From positions 3,424,001-3,488,000 of the forward strand of contig CAXXLQ010000004.1 in the NCBI GenBank assembly GCA_963668695.2: a stretch of DNA of 64,000 nt, read 5' to 3'. The notes below the pieces were generated by a model. That model was not told where the DNA came from, did not search any database, and was given only the letters and a program-made list of their open reading frames with translations. Shown here one piece after another: positions 50,158-59,227 of the stretch (within the stretch, counting starts at the first letter, position 1; each line of letters begins with the position of its first letter). Position numbers and translations under genes: made by a program. The stretch comes from Vicinamibacteria bacterium (lineage in GTDB: Bacteria > Acidobacteriota > Vicinamibacteria > Marinacidobacterales > Marinacidobacteraceae).

Positions 50158-50379
50158 GCCCGAAAGCCTACCGGCTCGAACCTCCGGACGGCCCCGCGGC
50201 CGGCCCGCCCGGACGGGACGGTCACGGGTCCGCTTTGGGGTCCGGATTCCTGCGACTTGGGAATGTGGACCAGAACCACATCTCCGGCATCGGTCCGCGC
50301 GTTCCCGGTGCTCCCCGCGCCCCAGCCCTGAGCGTGGCGCGACCCGACATGAAGCGGACAATTGAGGTAATCTGACGGT

Positions 50380-51243
50380 GTGACACTAAACGGTATCGAA
50401 AGACTTAGAAACGCATTTCGAGCGTTGGTTGATGCTGAAGGCCTCAGGCCTCTTGCCGCGCGGACCGGCATCCCGGTCGGTCAGATCCGAAGCCTGATCG
50501 ACGGGCGGGCGGTCCGCATCACAACTCTCGAGTTGATGACGCAGGTGCTGGGGGTGAATCTCACCATCGGCCCGGGTCTGGCCGGGGAAGCCCTCGGCGC
50601 CGGCGCTCATCGCGAGCCAGCCGGCCCCTGGCCGGACGCGGCGAGGCCCCCGGAGAGTGGCCCCAGCGTGATCGCAACGCAACTACGCGATGGCGCCGGC
50701 CGGGTGAAGGACCTGGCGGATCGGGTGGCGGCGGCAGCGCAGTCGTTGCTGCACCTGGTCTCGGGCTGGGATCCGGCGCAGGAGGCACGGGTCGTGGTCC
50801 ATGCGGAGGGCGCGCCGTGCACGGGTTCGCCGGTGATGATCCCGCTCGCGTCCGGTGTCCGGGTGGGCGCAGACTTCCCGGAGCCGGTTTTCGAGCCGTT
50901 GCCGGAGGTGACCTTGGGGCTCGCGCCGGACGCTCTCCCCGCCTGGGCGGGTGCGGATCGCCTGGTGTGTCTTCGCGCGACCGACGATGCCATGGCAGGG
51001 ACCATCGGCAACGGCGACCTCGTTGCCGTGGATCCCGGACATACGACGCCATTGGACAACCACCTCTTCGCCGTGGCGACAGAGGTCGGAGTGGCGGTGC
51101 GGCGCCTCCGCTTCCAGGATGGCTGGATCCTGACGGCCGACAATGCGGCCCATCCCGACCGGCCGCTCTCGGGGGCCGATCATCTCCTCGGCCGAGTGGC
51201 CTGGCACGGGCCGCGCCGTCGAGGCGCCACTCCCGCAAGCTGA
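50380..51243 (+). CDS. HTH + peptidase S24-like (CI/LexA-type) regulator with degenerate catalytic residues
   Basis: N-terminal HTH. The C-terminal S24 fold reads DAM (for DSM), VRRL (for VKRL), ADN and GRVAW. Confidence 0.8.
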   Translation: MTLNGIERLRNAFRALVDAEGLRPLAARTGIPVGQIRSLIDGRAVRITTLELMTQVLGVNLTIGPGLAGEALGAGAHREPAGPWPDAARPPESGPSVIATQLRDGAGRVKDLADRVAAAAQSLLHLVSGWDPAQEARVVVHAEGAPCTGSPVMIPLASGVRVGADFPEPVFEPLPEVTLGLAPDALPAWAGADRLVCLRATDDAMAGTIGNGDLVAVDPGHTTPLDNHLFAVATEVGVAVRRLRFQDGWILTADNAAHPDRPLSGADHLLGRVAWHGPRRRGATPAS

Positions 51244-51253
51244 GGGATCCCCA

Positions 51254-51539
51254 ACAGCCTGTGGACAAAGTCTCGCGGCCCGGTTCTCCCGGTGGGGGCT
51301 CGGGCGGCGATCCATCCCGGCCAAACAGCCGGTGGTGGAACCCACGCGGCCCAGTTCTCCCGGTGGGGGCTCGGCCGGCGATCCATCCCGGCTGAACCGC
51401 GTCGCTTCGCCCCGCTCATCGTTGCGTTTCGGTCGAATACACCCGGGCCAGTTCTCCCGGTGGGGCTCCTCCCTCGCGCGCCTTGTCAGCCGGGCGCCTC
51501 GCCACTCTCGGCGCTCACCCGGGTTCCACCACAGGCTGT
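51254..51539 (+). mobile_element. Truncated MITE (51254-51322) plus full MITE (51325-51539)
   Basis: Two successive left TIRs. The right end is GGGTTCCACCACAGGCTGT|TA. Confidence 0.82.
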
Positions 51540-51549
51540 TAACCGCCGG

Positions 51550-52467
51550 CTACCGGCGTTCGCGGCCGCGGATCAACCGGAGCATGAGCCGGTTCCACGG
51601 AGTCTCGATACCGTGCTTCGCCCCGCGGGCGACGATCACCCCGTTCATTGCCTCGACCTCGGTGCGCACCCCCCGCTCCAGATCCTGAAGCATGCTGGTC
51701 TTGTTCCCCGCGGTGCGGGCGACGATTCGCTCGACGGTCTTCCAGACCTCTGCCTCCGAGGTGGACACCCCCTCGGCCCGCGCGACCGCGACGGCTTCGC
51801 GCACCAACAGCCGGACCAGGTGTTCGCTCCCCGGATCCCGGAGCAACTGTCCGGTCCGGAGCCCGAGAAGCGCGGACACCGGGTTCAACGCCGCGTTCAG
51901 GGCCGCCTTGTCCCAAAGTGACTTGCGAATATCCGGCACCTGGAGCACCGGGAATCCGGCTTCGGACAGGTATTCCGCGAGCGCCGCGACTGCGTCCTCT
52001 CCGACCTGCTGGAAACGGCTCAGGATCACCTCACCAAGGCCGGCATGGAACACGCGCCCCGATTCCAACAGGGTCGCTCCGTTGTTCGAAACCGCGCCGA
52101 TCACCGGGTAACCGCCGGCGGCGAGGGCCTCCTCGTTCCCCAGCCCGTTCTGCAGGGAAACCCGGATCGGCCCGGTCCCGAGCGGAGCGAGGGCGCGCGC
52201 CGCCGTGGCCGTCGCATGCGCCTTCACGGTGACGAGGACGAAATCCGGGCGGAAGCCGGCGAGTTCGCCCGCGGCGGGGCCGGCGGGCGGGCGGATGTCG
52301 CCCTCGGTCGCCCCGTCAACCCGGATGCCCTCCCGGAGGATCTGAGCGAGACGCTCTCCCCGGGCGACCACCGCGACCGGATGCCGGACGGCGAGTCGCG
52401 CCGCAAAGACGCTCCCGACCGCTCCGGCGCCGAAAACAAGAAAGCGAGCGCGTTCGGAGGGCGGCAT
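51550..52467 (-). CDS. panE: 2-dehydropantoate 2-reductase
   Basis: GAGAVG, VTVK, SLQNGLG.E, W.K...N and SMLQD...G..TEV..MNG motifs. Confidence 0.93.
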   Translation of the reverse strand: MPPSERARFLVFGAGAVGSVFAARLAVRHPVAVVARGERLAQILREGIRVDGATEGDIRPPAGPAAGELAGFRPDFVLVTVKAHATATAARALAPLGTGPIRVSLQNGLGNEEALAAGGYPVIGAVSNNGATLLESGRVFHAGLGEVILSRFQQVGEDAVAALAEYLSEAGFPVLQVPDIRKSLWDKAALNAALNPVSALLGLRTGQLLRDPGSEHLVRLLVREAVAVARAEGVSTSEAEVWKTVERIVARTAGNKTSMLQDLERGVRTEVEAMNGVIVARGAKHGIETPWNRLMLRLIRGRERR

Positions 52468-52553
52468 GGGGACCGGTTCGTGAGAGAGTAGCGGCCCCCG
52501 CCGTTCCGCCGTCCTTGCGGCCGGATTCCGGCGCCGGCTGCCAGGAGAGCCCG

Positions 52554-54197
52554 ATGCGAAGCGACGAGATCAAGAGCGGCCCGAGCCGCGCCCCGGCCCG
52601 GGCCATGTGGAAGGCCGTCGGGCTTACGGACGAGGCCATCTCCCGGCCGCTCATCGGCATTGCGAACACCTGGACCGAGATCACACCCTGCAACAGCCAT
52701 CTGCGCGCGCTCGCGGAACAGGTCAAGATCGGCGTCCGGGAAGCCGGCGGGACGCCGCTCGAGTTCAACACCATCGTGGTCACCGACGGCATCGCGATGG
52801 GTTCGTCCGGAATGCGCGCGTCGCTCGTCTCCCGCGAAGTGGTAGCGGATTCCATCGAGCTCGTGGTGCGCGGACATTTGCTCGACGGGGTGGTGGCGAT
52901 TTCGGGATGCGACAAGACGATTCCGGGCACCGTCATGGCGCTCGCCCGGCTGAATCTGCCCTCGCTCATGCTCTACGGTGGCTCCATCGCGCCGGGGCGT
53001 TACCGGGGCCGGGACGTGACGATCCAGGACGTGTTCGAAGCGGTCGGCGCCCACGCCGCCGGAACGATGAGCGACGAGGAGCTTCGGGAACTCGAAGACG
53101 TCGCCTGCCCCGGGGCCGGGGCGTGCGGCGGGCAGTTCACCGCCAACACCATGTCGGTCGCCACCGGGTTCCTCGGGATTTCGCCCATGGTGGGAAATGA
53201 AATTCCAGCGACCGATCCGCGGAAACCGGCGGCGGCGCGGTGGGCCGGCAAGCGGGTCATGGAGTTGCTGCGCGAAGGCCGGACCGCTCGGGAGTTCCTC
53301 TCCCGGGACGCCCTCCGGAACGCCTACACCTCGGTTTCGGCGACCGCCGGCTCCACGAACGCGGTACTTCACCTGCTCGCGATCGCCCACGAAGCCGGAA
53401 GCGACTTGACGCTCGAAGACCTCGACGAGATCGGAGCCGCCACTCCGGTCCTCACGGATCTGAAACCGGGGGGCCGGTTCACCGCGCCCGACATGGAGGC
53501 ATCCGGAGGCATGCGGCTGCTGGCCAGCCGTCTCCGCGAGCGCGGACTGCTCACGGACACACCGACGGTCTCCGGCGAGACCCTGTTCGAACTCGCCGGA
53601 ACGGCCGAAGAGCGTCCCGGCCAGGAGGTCATCCGACCCGCCGACCGCCCGGTCAAGGCGCGGGGAGGACTCGCAATCCTCACCGGCAGCCTGGCTCCCG
53701 AGGGATGTGTGCTGAAGCTGGCCGGCCACACCCGGACCTGCCACGAAGGCCCCGCGCGCGTCTTCGACTCGGAGGAGGCCGCCTTCGCCGCGGTCCAGGA
53801 GGGCCGGATCCAGCCGGGCGACGTGATCGTCATCCGCTACGAAGGTCCCCAGGGAGGCCCCGGCATGCGCGAGATGCTCGGGGTCACCGCGGCGGTCATC
53901 GGGCGCGGGCTCGGCGACAGCGTGGCGCTCATCACCGACGGGCGCTTCAGCGGCGCCACCCACGGCTTCATGGTCGGGCACGTGGCCCCGGAGGCGGCGG
54001 CCGGCGGTCCCATCGGACTCGTGCAGGACGGCGACCGGATCACCATCGACCTGGAATCGCGGACGCTCGACGTGGAGATGCCGGACGGCACATCCCGCAA
54101 AGCGGCCGCGCCCGTTTCCGAATTCGCCACCGGCGCCCTCGCCAAGTACGCGCGAGTCGTTTCTTCCGCGAGCCGCGGCGCGGTGACGACGCTTTGA
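52554..54197 (+). CDS. ilvD: Dihydroxy-acid dehydratase
   Basis: PCN.H, GCDKT.PG, GACGGQFTANTM, GSTNAVLH, GGPGM.EM and TDGRFSGAT motifs. Confidence 0.97.
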   Translation: MRSDEIKSGPSRAPARAMWKAVGLTDEAISRPLIGIANTWTEITPCNSHLRALAEQVKIGVREAGGTPLEFNTIVVTDGIAMGSSGMRASLVSREVVADSIELVVRGHLLDGVVAISGCDKTIPGTVMALARLNLPSLMLYGGSIAPGRYRGRDVTIQDVFEAVGAHAAGTMSDEELRELEDVACPGAGACGGQFTANTMSVATGFLGISPMVGNEIPATDPRKPAAARWAGKRVMELLREGRTAREFLSRDALRNAYTSVSATAGSTNAVLHLLAIAHEAGSDLTLEDLDEIGAATPVLTDLKPGGRFTAPDMEASGGMRLLASRLRERGLLTDTPTVSGETLFELAGTAEERPGQEVIRPADRPVKARGGLAILTGSLAPEGCVLKLAGHTRTCHEGPARVFDSEEAAFAAVQEGRIQPGDVIVIRYEGPQGGPGMREMLGVTAAVIGRGLGDSVALITDGRFSGATHGFMVGHVAPEAAAGGPIGLVQDGDRITIDLESRTLDVEMPDGTSRKAAAPVSEFATGALAKYARVVSSASRGAVTTL

Positions 54198-54313
54198 CCG
54201 GATGCGGCAGCCACGGGAATCTGGTACCCTCCCTTCTCCCGCTCGCGGCGCGCTGGAGTCTCGCGGGCCACCAGAGCGGCCCGGAAGCGCCGAACCTCAC
54301 GGGGAGAAGAAGT

Positions 54314-55480
54314 ATGGAGCCGACGAAAACGCCCCGGTGGAAAGAGGAACTCAGAAGCCTCGGCGTCCCATCGTACGAGGATCCCGCCCCAGCCAAGGCG
54401 AAGGATTCGGGCCAGGCAAAGGCGGGACGAAAGACGGCGTCCGCCAGGCTTCGTCGGATCGGGCTGGATCCCGGTTTCGGCGGTTTCAAAGTCGGCGAAC
54501 TCGGGGCCGAGGGAGTACGCATCGAGGTGACCCCCGCCGTGGTCGGCGTGAGCCGGAGAGGCGTGCTCGGCCTCAATCTCCCGACGCTCGACTCGCCCGC
54601 CCCGTCGGCGCGGCCGCGCAGCGTCCGTTACGACGGGATCGAGTACCTGGTCGGCGCCAACATCCACCGCTATGGGCGGCCCGTGGAGCGCCTCGACTTC
54701 CAGCGGCTGTCGGAGGGATCCGAGTTGCGCTCGCTCCTCTATGCGGCGCTGTGGCCAATTCTCGGCGCGGGTTCCCAACGGGCGTCCCTGATCGTCGGGC
54801 TGCCCATTCAAGTGCTCCTCGATCAGCGGCAGGCGGAGGAAACGGAGAACAGGCTGAAGTCCTGGCTGCTCGCCGAACACTCGTTTGAGATCAACGGCGA
54901 ACCCGTGCAGTTGACGGTGGATCAGGCCCGGGTGGTCCCGCAGGTCATGGGTACCTATTACGCCTGTCTCGCGGAAGACTCCAGTCCGCTCGCTGACGCG
55001 GACGCCAGCGTGGGGATCGCGGACATCGGTTTCAACACGATCGATTTGATCGGCGTCGAAGGGGGCGAAACCGTCAGCCGTTTCACCAGCGGAAACACCT
55101 TGGGGATGCGCCGCTCCGCGGAGATCGTGTCGAACACGGTGCGCGAAGGGCTCGGCGTCGACCTTTCCTTGCACCAGGCCGACGACATGGTCGTCCGCGC
55201 CAGTTCGGGTGAGCCGGTGGTCGTCGCCCAAAGCGGCGGCTCGACGGATGTGACCACCATGGTCCGCCAGGCGCTTGACACCACCGCGTCGTCCGTCTGC
55301 ACCTTCATCGAACGCTCCTGGGGTAACGGCCGACAGTTCCGCCACCTCCTGCTCGCCGGCGGGGGCTCGCGCGTGCTGCGCGAGTACCTCGTTCACCTGT
55401 ATCCGGACGCCGTCATGGTGCGGGACCCGATAACCAGCAACGCGCGCGGCCTCGCGCAATGGGCCTCGCGGGCCTTCTGA
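54314..55480 (+). CDS. ParM/StbA-family actin-like ATPase
   Basis: Phosphate-1 IGLDPGFGGFK, VGLP, VPQ..G, phosphate-2 DIGFNTID and adenosine LAGGGS motifs. Confidence 0.85.
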   Translation: MEPTKTPRWKEELRSLGVPSYEDPAPAKAKDSGQAKAGRKTASARLRRIGLDPGFGGFKVGELGAEGVRIEVTPAVVGVSRRGVLGLNLPTLDSPAPSARPRSVRYDGIEYLVGANIHRYGRPVERLDFQRLSEGSELRSLLYAALWPILGAGSQRASLIVGLPIQVLLDQRQAEETENRLKSWLLAEHSFEINGEPVQLTVDQARVVPQVMGTYYACLAEDSSPLADADASVGIADIGFNTIDLIGVEGGETVSRFTSGNTLGMRRSAEIVSNTVREGLGVDLSLHQADDMVVRASSGEPVVVAQSGGSTDVTTMVRQALDTTASSVCTFIERSWGNGRQFRHLLLAGGGSRVLREYLVHLYPDAVMVRDPITSNARGLAQWASRAF

Positions 55481-55582
55481 GCCAGCTCCTCCCCAACAGC
55501 CGGCAGACGAAGACACGCCGTCCGGTTGCTATGCAGGTGCAATTCCGCCGGAACGCCAACCATCGAGATGGCGCCGCCGCCA

Positions 55583-55610
55583 TGGGAACGCCGGACCTCC
55601 GGTCGGCGCC
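55583..55610 (+). repeat. Family-2 REP-like hairpin
   Basis: TGGGAACGCCGGACCTCCGGTCGGCGCC in a 400-bp intergenic region. Confidence 0.55.
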
Positions 55611-55883
55611 GTCGCCCGACAGGGCGACGAAACACCCATGATCGGGTCCGCCTGCTCTGAGGCCGCAGCCGACCGCTCTCGCCGGTCGGGTTCCTGACAG
55701 AGCACCCGGGCGGGGTTCCCGGGGCGGGCGCCGTACGGGAGGTCCGGACGGCGACGGCTCGCAGGTTCCAACGAACGAAGCTCTCCGGTTCGCGCCATCC
55801 GGGCGCTTGTTCTGCGCCGGCTCCATCCGGGCGGCGGCCGCCCATAGAATCGGCGGGTTACAGCCCGTTCGGAGGTAGTGCAC

Positions 55884-58800
55884 ATGCGTTTCCGGTTGCT
55901 CTCCCAGTTGCTTTCCCTGTTGGTCCTCGGAGGAGGTCTGCTCCTTCCCGCCCGGGCTGTCACCCAGGACGAGGACGATTCCGAAAAGAAGGAAGAGGGG
56001 CTGCCGCTCGCGGCCAGCGAGACACTCTCCTTCACGGTCACCGAGGGGACCTGGATGTCCCTCGACGTCTCGCCCGACGGCCAGACGATCGTCTTCGAGC
56101 TCCTCGGCGACCTCTACACCCTGCCCATTTCCGGCGGCCAGGCCACCCGGATCATCGGGGGGCTCTCCTTCGAAAGCCAGCCGGTCTTCTCGCCGGACGG
56201 AAGCGAGATCGCCTTTCTGAGCGACCGGAGCGGGGTCGAAAACCTGTGGATCGCGAACGCCGGCGGGAGCGAACCGCGGGCGGTCACCAAGGACGGCCCG
56301 ACCCGTGACCGGCCGCAGCTCATGGTCTCGCCGAGCTGGACGGCCGACGGGGACTACCTCCTCGTTTCGAGGTCGCGGCCTCCGGACCGCACCGCCGCAG
56401 TCTTCCTGATCCATCGCGACGGCGGCAGCGGCGTCCGTCTCGGCGAAAAGCCCCCGGAGCCCACCCCCGGCGTCCCCGGCGCGCAACCGCCGAACCGGCT
56501 CGGGGCGGTCGCCTCCCCCGACGGCCGCTACGTCTATTTCTCCGAGCGGCGCGGGACCTTCAACTACAACGCGCAGTTCCCCATCTGGCAGGTGGTCCGC
56601 TTCGACCGCGAGACCGGCGCGGAGACGACGCTCACCAGCGCCCCCGGCAGCGCGATGCGTCCGCTGCTGAGCCCGGACGGCCGCCAGCTGGTGTACGCCA
56701 CCCGCCACCGCACTCAGACCGCGCTGCGGGTGCGCGATCTCGGAACCGGCGAGGAGCGTTGGCTCGTGAACGGCGTGACCCGGGACGATCAGGAATCCCG
56801 GGCGAGCCGGGACACCATGCCCGGTTACGCCTTCACCCCCGACGGTTCGGCGCTGATCGCCACCGTGGACGGCGGTTTCCGGCGGATCGACTTCCAGAGC
56901 GGGGCGATGACCGCCATCCCCTTCGAGGCCCAGGTGGAGGCCGAGGTGGCCCCTCGCCTCCACTTCCCCCGCCGGGTGGATGACGGGCCGACGGTCACCG
57001 CCCGGATCATCCGCTGGCCGCGCCTCGCTCCGGACGGCAGCGCCGTCGTTTTCTCGGCCTTCAGCCGGCTCTACCGGATGGAACTCCCGGGCGGGACGCC
57101 CACCCGGCTCACCGACTCCGACGAGGACGAGTTCATGCCCGCCTGGTCACCCGACGGGAGCCGGATCGCCTACGTCACCTGGTCGAGCGCGGGAGGGCAC
57201 CTCAAGACGGTCCCCGCCGCCGGCGGTTCCGGAACCGCGCTGACTTCCGACCCCGCGTTCTATGCCGAGCCCGCCTGGAACCCCGCCGGAGACGCCCTCG
57301 TCATCCGCCGGGCCCCGGTCAAGGAGCACCTCTACTCCTTCCTCCGCGCTGGTTGGGGGAGGACCGACCTCTATTCGGACCTCCCTTCCGATTGGGACGA
57401 GATCGGCGGCATGCAGGCGGCCGAACTCAGCGAATTGCTGCTGGTGCCGGCGGCGGGCGGTGACCTGACCGTGATCGGCCCCGCCGAGGACGGCCGCTTC
57501 CCCCACTTCACGAAGGACCCGGACCGGGTCTATCTGACCGATTCGAGCGCCGGGCTCTACTCGCTGAGGCTCGACGGAACCGACCGCCGCACCCACCTCA
57601 AGGTGTCCGGGCGCGGCGCGGGCGAGAACCCGCCGGCCGCCGGCCAGATCATGCTGTCCCCGGGCGGGGACCGCGCGTTCTTCGAGCTGCAAAACCGCCA
57701 CTACCTGGTCGAGGTCCCGAGCTTCGGAAAGCAAACGCTCGATGTCAAGGTCGGCGGCGGCGAGACGCCGGTGCCGGTGCGCGAAGTGGCGCCGGAAGGC
57801 GGCGACCACCTCGCCTGGTCCGCCTCCGGGGACTCGGTGGTCTGGTCGCTCGGAAACCGGATCTACCGTCAGGACGCCGGCGCGATCGGCGGAGAGGAGG
57901 ACCTGTCCCCGGACACCTTCGACGCGGTGGTGACCGAGCCTCGGGCCCGCCCGAGCGGCCGGATCCTGCTGAAGGATGCCGCGCGGGTTCTCACGATGGA
58001 CGGCGAGGAGCTCATCGAGGGCGGCGACGTCCTCGTCGAGGACAACCGGATCGCGGCGGTGGGCGCCGACCTGGACGCACCGGAGGGCGTCCGGGTGTTC
58101 GACGTCTCGGGGAAGACGGTCATGCCGGGCTACGTGGACGCCCACGCGCACATGTGGGCGCCGCGCGGCGTGCACCAGCGGCAGGTCTTCCAGCACCTCG
58201 CAAACCTCGCCTACGGGGTGACCGCGACCCGGGATCCGCAGACCTCGACCGCCGATGTCTTCGCCTACCGCGACCTCCAGGAGATCGGGCGGATTCTGGC
58301 TCCCCGGATCTACGCCACCGGACCCGGAATCTTCTCGCGCTCGGGGGTGTACGACGCGGACGCCGCCGACGATTTCCTGAAGCGCTACGCCGAGTCCTAT
58401 GACTCGGTCACCATCAAGCAGTACGTGGTCGGCGACCGGATCGTCCGTCAGTGGGTCGCGATGGCCTCGATGAAGCACAAACTCATCCCCACCACCGAAG
58501 GCGCGCTCGACCTGAAGCTGGACCTGACGCAGATGGCGGACGGCTTCTCGGGCAACGAGCACAGCCTGCCCATCGTCCCCATCTACGACGACGTCGCCCA
58601 GTACGTGGCGCGCACCCGGACCTACTACACCCCGACGATCCTGGTGGCCTACGGTGGCCCCTGGAGCGAGAACTACTTCTTCCAAAACACCGACGTGGTG
58701 AGCGACGAAAAACTCGCCCGCTTCATTCCGGCCGCCATCCTCGACAACATGGTCCGCCGGCGCGGCCAGTGGTTCCTTCCCGAGGAATACGTGCACTCCG

Positions 58801-59216
58801 GGATCTCGGCAGGCTGCACCAAGGTGATCCGCGCCGGCGGGCGCTGCGCGCTCGGCAGCCACGGCCAGCTCCAGGGGCTCGGCGCCCACTGGGAGATCTG
58901 GGCGCTCCAGTCGGGCGGACTCACCGAGCACGAGACCCTGATCGCCGCCACCAACTTCGGGGCGGAGGCGATCGGGTACGCCGAGGACCTCGGAACGCTC
59001 GAGGCCGGCAAGCTGGCCGACATCCAGATCCTGGACGCCAACCCGCTCGAGGACATCCGGAACACCAACTCGGTCCGCTTCGTGATGCGAAACGGGGAGC
59101 TCTTCGACGCAAACACCATGGCCCAGATCTGGCCGGTGGAGCGTCCGGCGCCCGAGCGGTTCTGGGTCGGCGACAACCCGCCCTCCGCGCCGAGCGGTCC
59201 GGGGGCGGGACGGTGA
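55884..59216 (+). CDS. Secreted PD40/TolB-like beta-propeller + amidohydrolase fusion
   Basis: Signal peptide, repeated SPDG motifs, MPG.VD.HAH, LAYGVT..RDP and G.LE.GKLAD...LD.NPL.DI.N. Confidence 0.92.
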   Translation: MRFRLLSQLLSLLVLGGGLLLPARAVTQDEDDSEKKEEGLPLAASETLSFTVTEGTWMSLDVSPDGQTIVFELLGDLYTLPISGGQATRIIGGLSFESQPVFSPDGSEIAFLSDRSGVENLWIANAGGSEPRAVTKDGPTRDRPQLMVSPSWTADGDYLLVSRSRPPDRTAAVFLIHRDGGSGVRLGEKPPEPTPGVPGAQPPNRLGAVASPDGRYVYFSERRGTFNYNAQFPIWQVVRFDRETGAETTLTSAPGSAMRPLLSPDGRQLVYATRHRTQTALRVRDLGTGEERWLVNGVTRDDQESRASRDTMPGYAFTPDGSALIATVDGGFRRIDFQSGAMTAIPFEAQVEAEVAPRLHFPRRVDDGPTVTARIIRWPRLAPDGSAVVFSAFSRLYRMELPGGTPTRLTDSDEDEFMPAWSPDGSRIAYVTWSSAGGHLKTVPAAGGSGTALTSDPAFYAEPAWNPAGDALVIRRAPVKEHLYSFLRAGWGRTDLYSDLPSDWDEIGGMQAAELSELLLVPAAGGDLTVIGPAEDGRFPHFTKDPDRVYLTDSSAGLYSLRLDGTDRRTHLKVSGRGAGENPPAAGQIMLSPGGDRAFFELQNRHYLVEVPSFGKQTLDVKVGGGETPVPVREVAPEGGDHLAWSASGDSVVWSLGNRIYRQDAGAIGGEEDLSPDTFDAVVTEPRARPSGRILLKDAARVLTMDGEELIEGGDVLVEDNRIAAVGADLDAPEGVRVFDVSGKTVMPGYVDAHAHMWAPRGVHQRQVFQHLANLAYGVTATRDPQTSTADVFAYRDLQEIGRILAPRIYATGPGIFSRSGVYDADAADDFLKRYAESYDSVTIKQYVVGDRIVRQWVAMASMKHKLIPTTEGALDLKLDLTQMADGFSGNEHSLPIVPIYDDVAQYVARTRTYYTPTILVAYGGPWSENYFFQNTDVVSDEKLARFIPAAILDNMVRRRGQWFLPEEYVHSGISAGCTKVIRAGGRCALGSHGQLQGLGAHWEIWALQSGGLTEHETLIAATNFGAEAIGYAEDLGTLEAGKLADIQILDANPLEDIRNTNSVRFVMRNGELFDANTMAQIWPVERPAPERFWVGDNPPSAPSGPGAGR

Positions 59217-59227
59217 AGGAACACGTC

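Noticed and set aside
50160-50225. tRNA (GGTTCGA on the minus strand)
   Set aside because: No T-stem pairing, acceptor stem or cloverleaf.
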